DNA of 64,000 nucleotides from an uncultured Bifidobacterium sp. (GCA_964561105.1 CAZLOH010000023.1:14025-78024); one strand, 5' to 3'; shown: positions 1 through 8,996, numbered from the stretch's first letter. Notes: generated by a model from the sequence alone, not told the origin. Translations and numbers: made by a program.

Positions 1-364
1 CAAAACCCCTCCCCGGGCCTTGGGCCGCCCCCTGCCCGCCGGATGTGGCCAGCGGTTCAGCAACAACCTTCGCCAGCCGTCGCGTATAGTAGCCGCTCCC
101 ACAACCGATGTCCGCGACGACGTCGCCGGATTTGAGTTTCAACGCCGGCACGAGCAAGTCCGTCCGTTCCTCCTGTTGACGCTCGGGGCGTTCCAGCCAA
201 TCCGCCGCCTCATGCCCCATCACGTGCGCAATCTCCCGGCCCAGATAAAACTTCCCGATGCCATTCGGGTCATGGACTGCGCGCACTTCATAACGCGGCC
301 CGATTGCGGTTGCATTCGTTTCCGCTGCCCCTGTGGAACGAATCGCCAGCAGGCAGATGAACAT
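1..364 (-). CDS. class I SAM-dependent methyltransferase, partial (C-terminus runs off window start)
   Basis: Minus-strand translation from ATG at 362-364 gives MFICLLAIRSTGAAE... then ...DVVADIGCGSGYYTRRLAKVV, the glycine-rich motif I of Rossmann-fold methyltransferases. No stop occurs before position 1. Confidence 0.45.
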   Translation of the reverse strand, partial: MFICLLAIRSTGAAETNATAIGPRYEVRAVHDPNGIGKFYLGREIAHVMGHEAADWLERPERQQEERTDLLVPALKLKSGDVVADIGCGSGYYTRRLAKVVAEPLATSGGQGAAQGPGRGF

Positions 365-437
365 CAGTGAAACGATTCGGGAGGCTGAACGGGTCGGGTT
401 GGCCATCGCAGTTGGCAACGCGGTTCTTAACCGCCCG

Positions 438-866
438 CTATTTCGTTTCTCCCCGCACCAACAGGACGGGAATGTCCGTCTTGTGCCTGACTTCCCGAAT
501 GGTGCTGCCGTGAATGATGTCGCCCAGCAGACGATGGCCATGACTGCCCATCGCGATGAGATCGTACGGCTTGGCTTCCGCCACCTTGAGGATTTCCTGC
601 GGTGGATTACCCAAAGCCAGCAGCGTGTTGGTGGTTAATCCCCGGTCCCGCAGCTTCTGGGCTTCGCCTTCCAGATAGGCGCGGTCCGCCTTCATTTCGT
701 CGGACTCCGCGAGCTTAAGTTGATCGAAATGACGCGCGGCGAAACCATCCGCCACATGCAGCAGCAGCAGCTCCGAGTTCAGCCGGGTGGCCAGTCCGGC
801 AACGTGCGCCAGCAAACTCCGGTCGGCGGGACTGTTCTCCAGGGCAACTAGAATCTTGCGGTACAT
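438..866 (-). CDS. universal stress protein (UspA family)
   Basis: MYRKILVALENSPADRSLL...YDLIAMGSHGH...STIREVRHKTDIPVLLV is a typical Usp alpha/beta fold signature. The start was moved to the internal Met because the longer ORF overlaps the mntH C-terminus. Confidence 0.8.
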   Translation of the reverse strand: MYRKILVALENSPADRSLLAHVAGLATRLNSELLLLHVADGFAARHFDQLKLAESDEMKADRAYLEGEAQKLRDRGLTTNTLLALGNPPQEILKVAEAKPYDLIAMGSHGHRLLGDIIHGSTIREVRHKTDIPVLLVRGETK

Positions 867-873
867 CGCTTCC

Positions 874-2274
874 CTATTCTGGTGACGGCAATCCGAGCGC
901 GCCATAAAACGACTTGAGCACGGAGGCCGGCACGAACGTATCAAACAGCAATTTCACGTTCAGCACAATGATAACCAGCGTCACGGTCCAGCCCAGGAAC
1001 TTGATCCACAGCGGATTCACAAACGCGCCCATCTTGGCCTTCTCGCCCGTGAACCGCATCAGCGGCCAGACTGCGAACCCGAGCTGCATGGACAGCACCA
1101 CCTGGCTGATGACCAGAAGCTGCGTGGTTTTGCTCTCGCCAAAGTAGCCGATGACACAAACCGCCGGCACGATGGCCACCCCGCGCGTGATCGCCCGGCG
1201 AAGCCACGGACGCAGCCGGATGTTCATAAATCCCTCCATGACGATCTGTCCCGCCAGCGTCCCGGTCAGCGTGGAGTTCTGACCCGAGGCCAGCAACGCC
1301 AGGGCAAACAGCACGCTGGCGGCGGTGGCCCCCAACACTCCCGGTAACAATTGGTAGGCGTCCTGGATTTCGGCCACGTCCCGATGACCGGACCAATGAA
1401 ACGCCGTCGCCGACAGCACCAGGATTGCGGCATTGATGAACAGGGCAAACATGAGCGCCACCGTCGAGTCAATTGTGGCGAACTTGATGGCTTCACGTTT
1501 GCCGCCGGCGTCCTGTTCGTATTTGCGCGTCTGCACCACGGACGAGTGCAGGTAGAGATTGTGCGGCATGACGGTGGCGCCGATGATTCCGATGGCGAGA
1601 TAGAGCATTCCCGGATGGGTGAGAATTTCCGGCCGGGGCACAAACCCAAGCACCACGCCGCCGAGGTCGGGCCGGGACAGGAAGAGTTCAATGACAAAGC
1701 AAGTGCCGATGGTGGCAATCAAAGTCACCACCAGCGCTTCCACGTAGCGAAACCCTTTCGCTTGCAGATACAGCACGATCAGCACATCCGCCGCCGTGAT
1801 GATGCACCCCCAAACCAGCGGAATCCCGAATAACAATTGCAGGGCGATGGCCGAACCGACGACCTCCGCCAGATCACAAGCGGCGATCGCGATCTCGCAG
1901 AGAATCCACAAGAACCATACTGTCGGAGTCGAGTAATGATCACGGCAGGCTTGCGCAAGATCGCGGCCGGTGGCCACCCCGAGTTTGACGCTCAAGTGCT
2001 GAAGCAGGATCGCCATCAGATTGGAAATCATGATGACGGAAAGCAGCGTGTAGCCGAATTGCGCGCCGCCCGCGAGATCGGTCGCCCAATTGCCGGGGTC
2101 CATGTAACCAACGGCCACAAGAAAACCGGGGCCGGAGAACGCCCACAGCTTGCGCCAAAAACCGGCGGACTTGGGCACGGCGATGCTCCGATGCACTTCC
2201 GGCAGGCTGGGCGATTGACTTGTGCGCTGCCAACCCGCCGTCGGGTCGGGTTTGGTCGCTTCATCAATCTTCAC
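874..2274 (-). CDS. mntH: Nramp-family divalent metal (Mn2+/Fe2+) transporter
   Basis: 466 aa with a [23 protein letters not shown] motif and many predicted transmembrane segments, typical of MntH/Nramp. Confidence 0.9.
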   Translation of the reverse strand: MKIDEATKPDPTAGWQRTSQSPSLPEVHRSIAVPKSAGFWRKLWAFSGPGFLVAVGYMDPGNWATDLAGGAQFGYTLLSVIMISNLMAILLQHLSVKLGVATGRDLAQACRDHYSTPTVWFLWILCEIAIAACDLAEVVGSAIALQLLFGIPLVWGCIITAADVLIVLYLQAKGFRYVEALVVTLIATIGTCFVIELFLSRPDLGGVVLGFVPRPEILTHPGMLYLAIGIIGATVMPHNLYLHSSVVQTRKYEQDAGGKREAIKFATIDSTVALMFALFINAAILVLSATAFHWSGHRDVAEIQDAYQLLPGVLGATAASVLFALALLASGQNSTLTGTLAGQIVMEGFMNIRLRPWLRRAITRGVAIVPAVCVIGYFGESKTTQLLVISQVVLSMQLGFAVWPLMRFTGEKAKMGAFVNPLWIKFLGWTVTLVIIVLNVKLLFDTFVPASVLKSFYGALGLPSPE

Positions 2275-2317
2275 GCGCGCACTTTAGCAGGAGCTGTGTT
2301 TGCAGCAAGTAATAAAG

Positions 2318-2333
2318 TTAGATGCAACTAACA
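2318..2333. promoter_or_regulatory. candidate DtxR/MntR-family operator (GTTAGatgcaaCTAAC palindrome) upstream of mntH
   Basis: Perfect 5-bp inverted arms TTAG/CTAA with a 6-bp spacer, 45-60 bp upstream of the mntH start. This resembles the TTAGG..CCTAA half-sites of DtxR/IdeR/MntR boxes. Confidence 0.3.
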
Positions 2334-2462
2334 CTGATGAACCACCCAACTTCAACTGAGTTCCGAACCAGCCCGCAGCTCGAGATTAACTGAACAGATT
2401 TCTCCATGACTCGCTTCGTTGCCCCGCCCAAAAATCCCGCTGCGTCGTCCGCCGCTTGGAAG

Positions 2463-2488
2463 TTTGGTGTTTGGTGTTTGGTGTTTGG
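2463..2488. repeat. short tandem repeat (TTTGGTG)x3.7 in the mntH/uppP divergent intergenic region
   Basis: tttggtgtttggtgtttggtgtttgg read directly from the sequence. Confidence 0.6.
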
Positions 2489-2623
2489 GACGCAGTGCTT
2501 CATCCGGATTGACACCGGTTCAAACAGCCCGCTCTGCTGCCTTCCGCGTATCTGTGTGACCCGAATTCCACGTAAATTTTTTTGTCACTTGCCAACCGAC
2601 ACCGGTTTCGTGTCTCGTTTGGG

Positions 2624-3403
2624 ATGCCTGACTGGATTGCGGTTGTCATCTTGGGAATCATCGAGGGAGTCACTGAGTTCCTACCGGTTTCCTCCACCGG
2701 CCACCTGTTGCTGGCGGAGCACTGGCTGGGTACGCGCAGCGAACTGTTCAACGTAGTGATCCAATCCGGCGCCGTCGTGGCCGTGCTGGCGGTGTTTGCC
2801 AGTCGCGCCAGGTCGTTGTTGTTTGGCTGGCGCGAGCCAGCGAACCGCGATTATCTGGCCAAACTGGCGGCGGCATTCGTGTTGACCGCCATCGGCGGAC
2901 TCGCTCTGAAAAAGGCCGGATTGAAGTTGCCCGAAGCGGTCGCGCCGATCGCGTGGGCGACGCTCGTCGGCGGCGTGTTGTTTGTGCTTGTGGAATGGTG
3001 GCTCCGCGGACGGAAGTCCACGGAAGCTGTCTCCTGGACCGTCGCGATTGCCGTTGGCCTGTCGCAACTCGTCGCCGTTGCGTTTCCCGGGGCTTCCCGC
3101 TCGGGCACGACCATCCTGATTGCGCTGGTGCTGGGTTTGAGTCGAAGTTCAGCGACCGAGTTTTCGTTCCTGCTCGGCATTCCCACGTTGCTCGCGGCGG
3201 GCGCGAAAGAAACTCTTGACGCGCTGAAGGGTCACGCGCCACACGAACCGTGGACGCTCGTCCTGCTCGGCACCGTCGTCGCGGCAGTGGTGGCGTTTGT
3301 CGTCGTGCGCTGGCTGCTGGGTTACATCCGCCATCACACGTTCACCCCGTTCGGCTGGTATCGCATCGCCGTCGGCCTGGCCATCCTGCTCCTGTTGCGG
3401 TAG
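2624..3403 (+). CDS. uppP: undecaprenyl-diphosphate phosphatase
   Basis: VVILGIIEGVTEFLPVSSTGHLLL is the BacA/UppP N-terminal signature; the protein is a multi-transmembrane protein of ~260 aa. Confidence 0.85.
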   Translation: MPDWIAVVILGIIEGVTEFLPVSSTGHLLLAEHWLGTRSELFNVVIQSGAVVAVLAVFASRARSLLFGWREPANRDYLAKLAAAFVLTAIGGLALKKAGLKLPEAVAPIAWATLVGGVLFVLVEWWLRGRKSTEAVSWTVAIAVGLSQLVAVAFPGASRSGTTILIALVLGLSRSSATEFSFLLGIPTLLAAGAKETLDALKGHAPHEPWTLVLLGTVVAAVVAFVVVRWLLGYIRHHTFTPFGWYRIAVGLAILLLLR

Positions 3404-3407
3404 CTCG

Positions 3408-3977
3408 TTATTTTTCGACCAACGGAATAAAAATCTTCTGTCCGACTTTTAACTTGAGCGGATCAAGGCCCGGGTTCGCCTTCTGGATGAGTTCGGCCGT
3501 CAGCTTGAGGTTTTTCTCCTTGTTATACGCGGAGGCAATGCTGGACAACGTGTCACCGGAGGCAATCGTGTGTTCGATGGCTTTGTCCGGCAGATCTGAA
3601 CGCGAACCGCCGGAACTCGTCCTGGGCGGTGGCGCAACCACCGGTGCCTTGGCGATCTTTTCAATCGCCTTAAGGATGACTTCGCGATCCGTCTTGCGGT
3701 TGTCCTCGACCTCCTGGACCTGCTTGGCCAGGGCGCGCAGGTCTTCCTGGCTCGCGAAGTTGCCCTTCGGCTGGTTTTGAAGCTGTTCGCGCAGAGTCTG
3801 CACCTCGCGCATCAGTGAATCAATCTGCCGTTTTTGATTCGCCTTGTCTTCGAGGAGATCCTGCACGTAACCGTTCAATTGATTGACGCGTTCATTGAGC
3901 GCTGCCACGTCCTGGGCGGGCAACTTGAAGGTCGCCAGCGTGGTCAGCACCGTGAGCCAAAGAAAAATTCGTTTCAT
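3408..3977 (-). CDS. LysM peptidoglycan-binding domain protein with signal peptide and coiled coil
   Basis: N-terminal MKRIFLWLTVLTTLATF signal, a Q/E-rich coiled region, and a C-terminal LysM (HTIASGDTLSSIASAYN...LKVGQKIFIP). Confidence 0.7.
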   Translation of the reverse strand: MKRIFLWLTVLTTLATFKLPAQDVAALNERVNQLNGYVQDLLEDKANQKRQIDSLMREVQTLREQLQNQPKGNFASQEDLRALAKQVQEVEDNRKTDREVILKAIEKIAKAPVVAPPPRTSSGGSRSDLPDKAIEHTIASGDTLSSIASAYNKEKNLKLTAELIQKANPGLDPLKLKVGQKIFIPLVEK

Positions 3978-4116
3978 GTGCCGACAATAAGAAGCCGGCG
4001 AAAAAGGCGCAAGCGAATCGGCGACGAAAATTGGCCGTTGGGTGTGAGACAAAATTCTTCGAGTGGGGTTTTTGGCTGGTTTTTTGAGATGTGGATGCCT
4101 AGTGTGCTAGGCATAC

Positions 4117-5741
4117 ATGAATCAATCCAAGAAAACTCATCTCCTGGAACAGATCGCCGCCATCCCTGCCATGGAGCGGGGCAAACTCTCCCCCCATGCC
4201 TCGGGCCGGCATCAAAAACTCCAATGCTGGCAGGAGGGCAAGAATCACACCCGGCATGTCGCGGCGGACGAACTGCCCGCAGTGGAAGGCGCACTCGCAG
4301 GCTATGCCCAATACCGGCAACTGACCGCGGAGTATGCGGACCTGGTCATCCAGGAAACCCGTCAAAACATCGCGGCCGCAAAAAAAAAGAACTGCTCCCG
4401 CCCCCCGCCCTCCTCGCCCAGGAAGAAGAAATCCAGCAACTGATCGCCCGCTTTGAATCCGGCGAGTTGCAGGGCCAGGGCGTCGCCCAACTGGAAATCC
4501 TGGTGCGGACGGCGGTGTTCAAATCCGCCAACGCCCTGGTCGGTTGGTTGCTGCAGAAAGCGGCGGATCGGGCCGATGCCGGCTATCAGCCCAAAGCCGG
4601 CCAGACTCGCAAGGGGCGGGAAACCATCGGGGTGCAAGGGATATTTGGCCGCTTCCAGCTGGAGCGGGATTACTACTACCACCCCGGCAAGGATCAAGGC
4701 CACCATCCCGCGGATGCCGCCCTGGGTTTGGAAGTGGGCTATACGCCGGCCCTGGCCAAGCTGATCTGTCTGGAGGGGGCCGACGAGCCAACCTACCTGA
4801 AAGCCGAGCGGCATCTGGAGCAGACCGGTGGCATTACGGTTTCGGCGCGGCAAATTCAACGGGTCGTGCAACGCGTCGGCAGCCGTGCGCAACAATGGCA
4901 GGCCCGCGAGCGCCCACCCGGCGAGTGCGACGCGCCGGTCCTGTATGTCAGTGCCGACGGCACGGGCGTGCCGATGACCGCCCCGGAGTTAAAAGGCCGG
5001 CGCGGCAAGCAGGCCGACGGCACGGCCAAGACGCGCCAGGTGTATCTGGGCTGCGTCTTCACCCAGCACCGGAGAGATGAGCACGGCCATCCAGTGCGGG
5101 ACTATGAATCCACGACCTACGTTTCGAGTTTCCAATCCATTGATGAATTCGGGCCGTTGTTGCGGCAGGAAGCCCTGGGCCGCGGGATGGGCAGCGCGGG
5201 CAAGGTGGTGTTGCTGATTGACGGCGCGGCGGGCCTGGAAAACATGGGCCGGCTGTGCTTCAAGGACTGTGTGCAGATCGTGGATTTCTACCACGCGATG
5301 GAACACGCCGGCCACGTGTTGGAGGCGTGGCTGGGCAAAGGCCATCCCGATTATCAGAAGCACTTGCGTCGTTGGGCCAAACGGTTGCTCAAAGACAAGG
5401 TTCAGGCGTTGATTCAGGAGACGCGCCAGCAGTGTGCGGGCACGGCGCAGGAAGCGGCGGTGGAACAGGCCCTGGGATACTTCGTCCGCAACGTGAGCCG
5501 GATGCACTACGGCACGTTCCGGGCGGCGGGCTGGTTCATCGGCTCGGGCGTGGTGGAAGCGGGTTGCAAGACCGTCATTGGGGGGCGGTGCAAACAATCC
5601 GGCATGTTCTGGTCGAAGTCCGGTGCCGAAAACATCCTCGCGCTGCGCTGCCTTCAGAGCAGCCGGAGACTCGAGGACTTCTGGAAATACCGACTCAACC
5701 AACACGCCGCTCGCAACGACGCCCTACCGCTGGCGGCATAA
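4117..5741 (+). CDS. DDE transposase (ISKra4-like), encoded in two frames joined at a slippery site
   Basis: N-terminal part is in frame +1 (MNQSKKTHLLEQIAAIPAMERGKLSPHASGRHQ...). The remainder (...VQIVDFYHAMEHAGHV...GWFIGSGVVEAGCKTVIGGRCKQSGMFWS...) is in the -1 frame from 4389 onward. Motifs FYHAxEH and GSGxxEAxCK are recalled from memory as ISKra4-family features. The combined length of ~542 aa is close to single-ORF family members. Confidence 0.7.
4383..4389 (+). other. A_AAA_AAG slippery heptamer within an A9 run (candidate -1 ribosomal frameshift or transcriptional slippage site)
   Basis: Upstream-frame codons are AAA(4381-83) AAA(4384-86) AAG(4387-89). A -1 slip resumes at GAA 4389 in the downstream transposase frame. 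Confidence 0.5.
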
Positions 5742-5838
5742 TGGAAGAATTTTGTCTCACACCCTTGGCCGTTGCGCTTGGGCGATTGGGGCTGGGGTTG
5801 AAGAACGCACCGGGAGGCTCGGCAACGTGGATTGAAAG

Positions 5839-5914
<76 letters not shown>

Positions 5915-6024
5915 GGGTAACACGGCGAATCATTGAACGAGTTCAATCGTTCGTTGGCAAGGCAATTAGCGCCGGAATTTTTCGTGACACCCCATGTTTG
6001 TTGACTACAATGCCGGCCCTTTGT

Positions 6025-6099
6025 GACCCTATGGTCTAGCGGTTAGGACACCTCCCTTTCACGGAGGTAGCCCGGGTTCGAGTCCCGGTAGGGTCGCCA
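6025..6099 (+). tRNA. tRNA-Glu (anticodon TTC)
   Basis: GACCCTATGGTCTAGCGGTTAGGACACCTCCCTTTCACGGAGGTAGCCCGGGTTCGAGTCCCGGTAGGGTCGCCA has a 7-bp acceptor stem, a T-arm GTTCGAGTC and anticodon loop CTTTCAC. Confidence 0.85.
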
Positions 6100-6274
6100 G
6101 CTTCTTCAACGCCGGGTCACAGCGAATTCTCCAAGGCCGGTCCAAGCGATTGAAAGCACTTCGTTCGTACTCCCGCTCGATCAGTCCGGCAGAGGCGGTT
6201 GAACTTTTTCAGTTCGATCCCATCAGCGGCTACGGCTCGACACCGCCTTCAACGCGATTCGCACTTTGCCGGGG

Positions 6275-6661
6275 TCAGTTACCCTGCCCGTGTGATCGCT
6301 GCCGCACCGCCAGGTAGCGGTCCAATTCGGCGATGTCCTTGAACACCGCCACGCCCGGGAGTGACTTCATGATCTCGAAGACCTCCTGGATTTGCGGCTG
6401 CAGGTTCACGAACGAAGTCTGGCCGCCGCGCTCCTTGAGGGTCTTCCGGGTACTCGAGAACACCCGCAGGCCGGCGCTGCTGATGAATTTCAATTGCGCC
6501 AGGTCAAACACGATGTCTTTGACCGGACCACCCAGCACCGGCGTGAGTTGCTTCTCCAGTTCCGGGGCGGTGGCCGTGTCGAGGCTGCCGGTCAGTTTGA
6601 CCGTGACCGCGCCCGCGCCCTGGCCCGCGATAGCTTTTTGGATTTGAATTTCAAGTGGCAT
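6275..6661 (-). CDS. STAS-domain protein (anti-sigma-factor antagonist, SpoIIAA/RsbV-like)
   Basis: VTVKLTGSLDTATAPELEKQL...IVFDLAQLKFISSAGLRVF is the STAS fold signature, with a conserved Ser in the SSAGL motif. Confidence 0.8.
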   Translation of the reverse strand: MPLEIQIQKAIAGQGAGAVTVKLTGSLDTATAPELEKQLTPVLGGPVKDIVFDLAQLKFISSAGLRVFSSTRKTLKERGGQTSFVNLQPQIQEVFEIMKSLPGVAVFKDIAELDRYLAVRQRSHGQGN

Positions 6662-6798
6662 ACGATTCGGTGATTTGGTTTCCGTGCTTAAATCTTGCTG
6701 GCCAAGGTTATTTCTCCGCCGCCGCCGACACAAGCCGCTTCGTCAGACCGAAATTGCTGCCGCCTCCGCACCGACTGGCGGTCGAGACTCCCAAGTCC

Positions 6799-6870
6799 GT
6801 AGCCGCGGAGGTGACGAGGCGGAGGGTTCTATTCCTTCAAGCGCTTCCGCCTCCTCACGTCGGCGGCTAC
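6799..6870. repeat. palindromic repeat family 2 (24-bp arms around GTAGCCGCCGACGTGAGGAGGCGG), intergenic between the two STAS genes
   Basis: GTAGCCGCGGAGGTGACGAGGCGGAGG (6799-6825) and CCGCCTCCTCACGTCGGCGGCTAC (6847-6870) are imperfect reverse complements with a ~21-nt loop. Confidence 0.6.
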
Positions 6871-6918
6871 ACGGACGGTGGAGTTTTGAAACCGCTGCTT
6901 GTTTGGAGTTGCCCGCCT

Positions 6919-7317
6919 TCACTTCTGCGTGCCGGGCCAGTAGTTCGGACGGGGCCGGGTGGCCAGGTAACGGTCCAGCGCCTCGATGTCCTTGAACACG
7001 CCGATGCCCGGCAGCGACTGGATGATGGCAAACACCTCCTCCACCTGGGGCTGCATATTGATGAACGACGCGTGGCCGCCACCGCGCGCCACCATCTGTT
7101 TGCGGGCCACCTGGAAGATGCGCAAGCCCGCACTGCTGACGAATTTGAGTTCGGCGAGGTCGAACAGCAGATCGTTGACCGGTTTGGCGAGGCACGCCGT
7201 CAACTGGCGGTCCAGTTCCGGGGCGGTCTCGGTGTCCAGACTGCCGGCGAGTTTGATGGTCACCACGCCCGCGTGCCGGGGATCGGTGTTGTTGAGGATT
7301 TCAATGGATAACGGCAT
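6919..7317 (-). CDS. STAS-domain protein (anti-sigma-factor antagonist), paralogue of 6275..6661
   Basis: VTIKLAGSLDTETAPELDRQL...LLFDLAELKFVSSAGLRIF; about 60% identical to the neighbouring STAS gene. Confidence 0.8.
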   Translation of the reverse strand: MPLSIEILNNTDPRHAGVVTIKLAGSLDTETAPELDRQLTACLAKPVNDLLFDLAELKFVSSAGLRIFQVARKQMVARGGGHASFINMQPQVEEVFAIIQSLPGIGVFKDIEALDRYLATRPRPNYWPGTQK

Positions 7318-7350
7318 AGCTTTGGTTGGTTGATGGTGTTGGTTGGCGGT

Positions 7351-8979
7351 TCATTGTTTGACGTCAGCGGCTGGGTGGAGGCGTTTGATCAGGCGCAGGA
7401 CATTCTCATTCCCTTCCCGCGCGTAGTGGATTTCGTCCAGATTGCGACGGACCAGTTCGATGCCCCAACCGCCGGGCAAATCATCATCCTCGGCTTGCGG
7501 CTTGCGCGGCGCGGCGGCGGTGGGATCAAACTCCGGCCCGTCGTCGCGGAGTTCAACGGTAAACAAATCACCGGCGTTTTCGAGGATGACTTGAAATTTC
7601 CTCCCGGAGTCCCGGCGCAGCGCGTGGTTGACAATATTGCTGCCACATTCCTCCAGTGCCAGCGCGAGGTCGAATTTGGTTTGCTCCGGCACGCCCTGCT
7701 GCGCCGCGAATTCTTGCAAGGCTTCGACCCCGCGCATGACTTCCTCCGGCGTGGCGTGCAGTTCCAAATCCATGTAGCCACCGACGTGAAGAGGTGGATT
7801 TGATGCGATGCCGCGCTCCGCCTCCTCACGTCGGCGGCTACCATTGACTTTCAACGTCAGGATAGCGATGTCGTCCGATTGCGGGGCGCCATTCACAAAC
7901 GCCCGGACTTTCTGGAGCAGGCTCGCCGTGATGGCCGGCGCGCCCTGTCCCGTCCAGGTCCCGGCATCCGCCAGCAACCGGTCGTTGCCATAACATTCGT
8001 CCTGCGGATTGAACGCCTCGCTCACGCCGTCCGAATAAAGGATCAACGAATCTCCCGGCCGCAACTCCAGTTCCGTGCGCTCGAACTCCAAGCCGGGTTC
8101 GAATCCCAGCGCCGTGCCGAGGTTCGTCACCGCCCAGGACGGCGCGCCGCCCGTCGGCAAAAGCACCGGGCGACAATGCCCGCCATTGGCGATCGTCAAC
8201 CGTCCCGACTTCGGCTCGAAAACCGCGCACAGAAACGTCACGAACATGCCGGACGGGTTGTCGGCGGAGAGTTCATCATTGAGCCGCGCGAGAATCCGCT
8301 CCGGCTCGGTCAGTTCCCGCGCCAGCAAGCGCGCCAGACTGATCGCCCGCACCATGAACATCGAGGCGGGGATTCCCTTCCCCGAAACATCGCCCAGAAA
8401 AATCACCAGCCGATCCGCCCTCCCTGCGCACACGCCGTAAAGATCCCCGCCCACTTCGCGCGCCGGCTCCAGCACCGCTCCGAAACTCACGCCATAGGCG
8501 TGTTCGAACGGCGCAAAGTCGTGAGGCAACATGCCCATCTGGATTTCCCGGGCGACCCGCAGTTCGCTGGCGATCTGTTCCTTGGCCGCGTCGCTGTAAG
8601 CTTTGGCCTTGAGCAGCGACTTCACACGCGCCTTCACTTCGAGCATGTCGAACGGCTTGGTGAGATAATCGTTCGCGCCCAGCTCGAAGCCACGCGTCTT
8701 GTTCTGCACTTCTTCGAGCGAGGACAAGAACATGATTGGCACTTCCGCCGTCTCCGGCATCGCGCGGAGGCGACGACACACTTCGTAGCCATCCAGCCCC
8801 GGCATCACGATGTCGAGCAACACCAGGTCCGGCGGCATCTTGGCGGCAATCTGCAACGCTGTCTCGCCATTCATTGCGAGACTGAGCTTGTGATCGGCCT
8901 TCAACCCCTCGACGAGGATGTCGAGGTTGGCCTTGGCATCATCCACCAGCAACACGCGGCAGTCGGAAAGCTTTTTCAT
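7351..8979 (-). CDS. response-regulator receiver + PP2C (SpoIIE/RsbU-like) phosphatase + RsbW-like HATPase (anti-sigma kinase) fusion
   Basis: N-terminal REC (VLLVDDAKANLDIL...LLDIVMPGLDGYEV...ANDYLTKP), central PP2C (GGDLYGV...FLGDVSGKGIPAS...ILYSDGVSEA), and C-terminal HATPase_c_2 (ECGSNIVNHA...GGWGIELV). Confidence 0.75.
   Translation of the reverse strand: MKKLSDCRVLLVDDAKANLDILVEGLKADHKLSLAMNGETALQIAAKMPPDLVLLDIVMPGLDGYEVCRRLRAMPETAEVPIMFLSSLEEVQNKTRGFELGANDYLTKPFDMLEVKARVKSLLKAKAYSDAAKEQIASELRVAREIQMGMLPHDFAPFEHAYGVSFGAVLEPAREVGGDLYGVCAGRADRLVIFLGDVSGKGIPASMFMVRAISLARLLARELTEPERILARLNDELSADNPSGMFVTFLCAVFEPKSGRLTIANGGHCRPVLLPTGGAPSWAVTNLGTALGFEPGLEFERTELELRPGDSLILYSDGVSEAFNPQDECYGNDRLLADAGTWTGQGAPAITASLLQKVRAFVNGAPQSDDIAILTLKVNGSRRREEAERGIASNPPLHVGGYMDLELHATPEEVMRGVEALQEFAAQQGVPEQTKFDLALALEECGSNIVNHALRRDSGRKFQVILENAGDLFTVELRDDGPEFDPTAAAPRKPQAEDDDLPGGWGIELVRRNLDEIHYAREGNENVLRLIKRLHPAADVKQ
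7774..7841. repeat. palindromic repeat family 2 copy embedded in frame inside the RsbU-like CDS linker
   Basis: GTAGCCACCGACGTGAAGAGGTGG (7774-7797) and CCGCCTCCTCACGTCGGCGGCTAC (7818-7841) are reverse complements (21/24). The region encodes the linker ...SRRREEAERGIASNPPLHVGGY... between the PP2C and kinase domains. Confidence 0.6.
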
Positions 8980-8996
8980 GCAACAAAAGGCTTTTT

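Larger units (their letters stand above)
4040..5764 (+). mobile_element. insertion sequence, ISKra4-like family (1725 bp)
   Basis: 21-bp terminal inverted repeats GGGTGTGAGACAAAATTCTTC (4040-4060) and their reverse complement (5744-5764), matching 21/22. Perfect 9-bp direct repeat TTGGCCGTT at 4031-4039 and 5765-5773 is the target-site duplication. A single transposase gene lies inside. Confidence 0.85.

Noticed and set aside
20-370. Plus-strand 116-aa ORF at the window start
   Set aside because: The opposite strand carries a clear SAM-methyltransferase motif I and a signal-like N-terminus; the plus ORF is its shadow.
941-2331. Several ORFs (941..1396, 1266..1718, 1351..1833, 1837..2331, 1940..2233) overlapping mntH
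   Set aside because: They are R/P/A/G-rich translations from alternative frames of a confidently identified transporter gene. The same pattern recurs over dnaE, the histidine kinase, the glycosidase and the Calx-beta gene; all were treated as GC artefacts.
3834-4116. 5' extension of the long plus-strand ORF upstream of the transposase start
   Set aside because: It crosses the left terminal inverted repeat (4040-4060) and overlaps the LysM gene on the other strand. The credible start is the ATG at 4117 inside the element.
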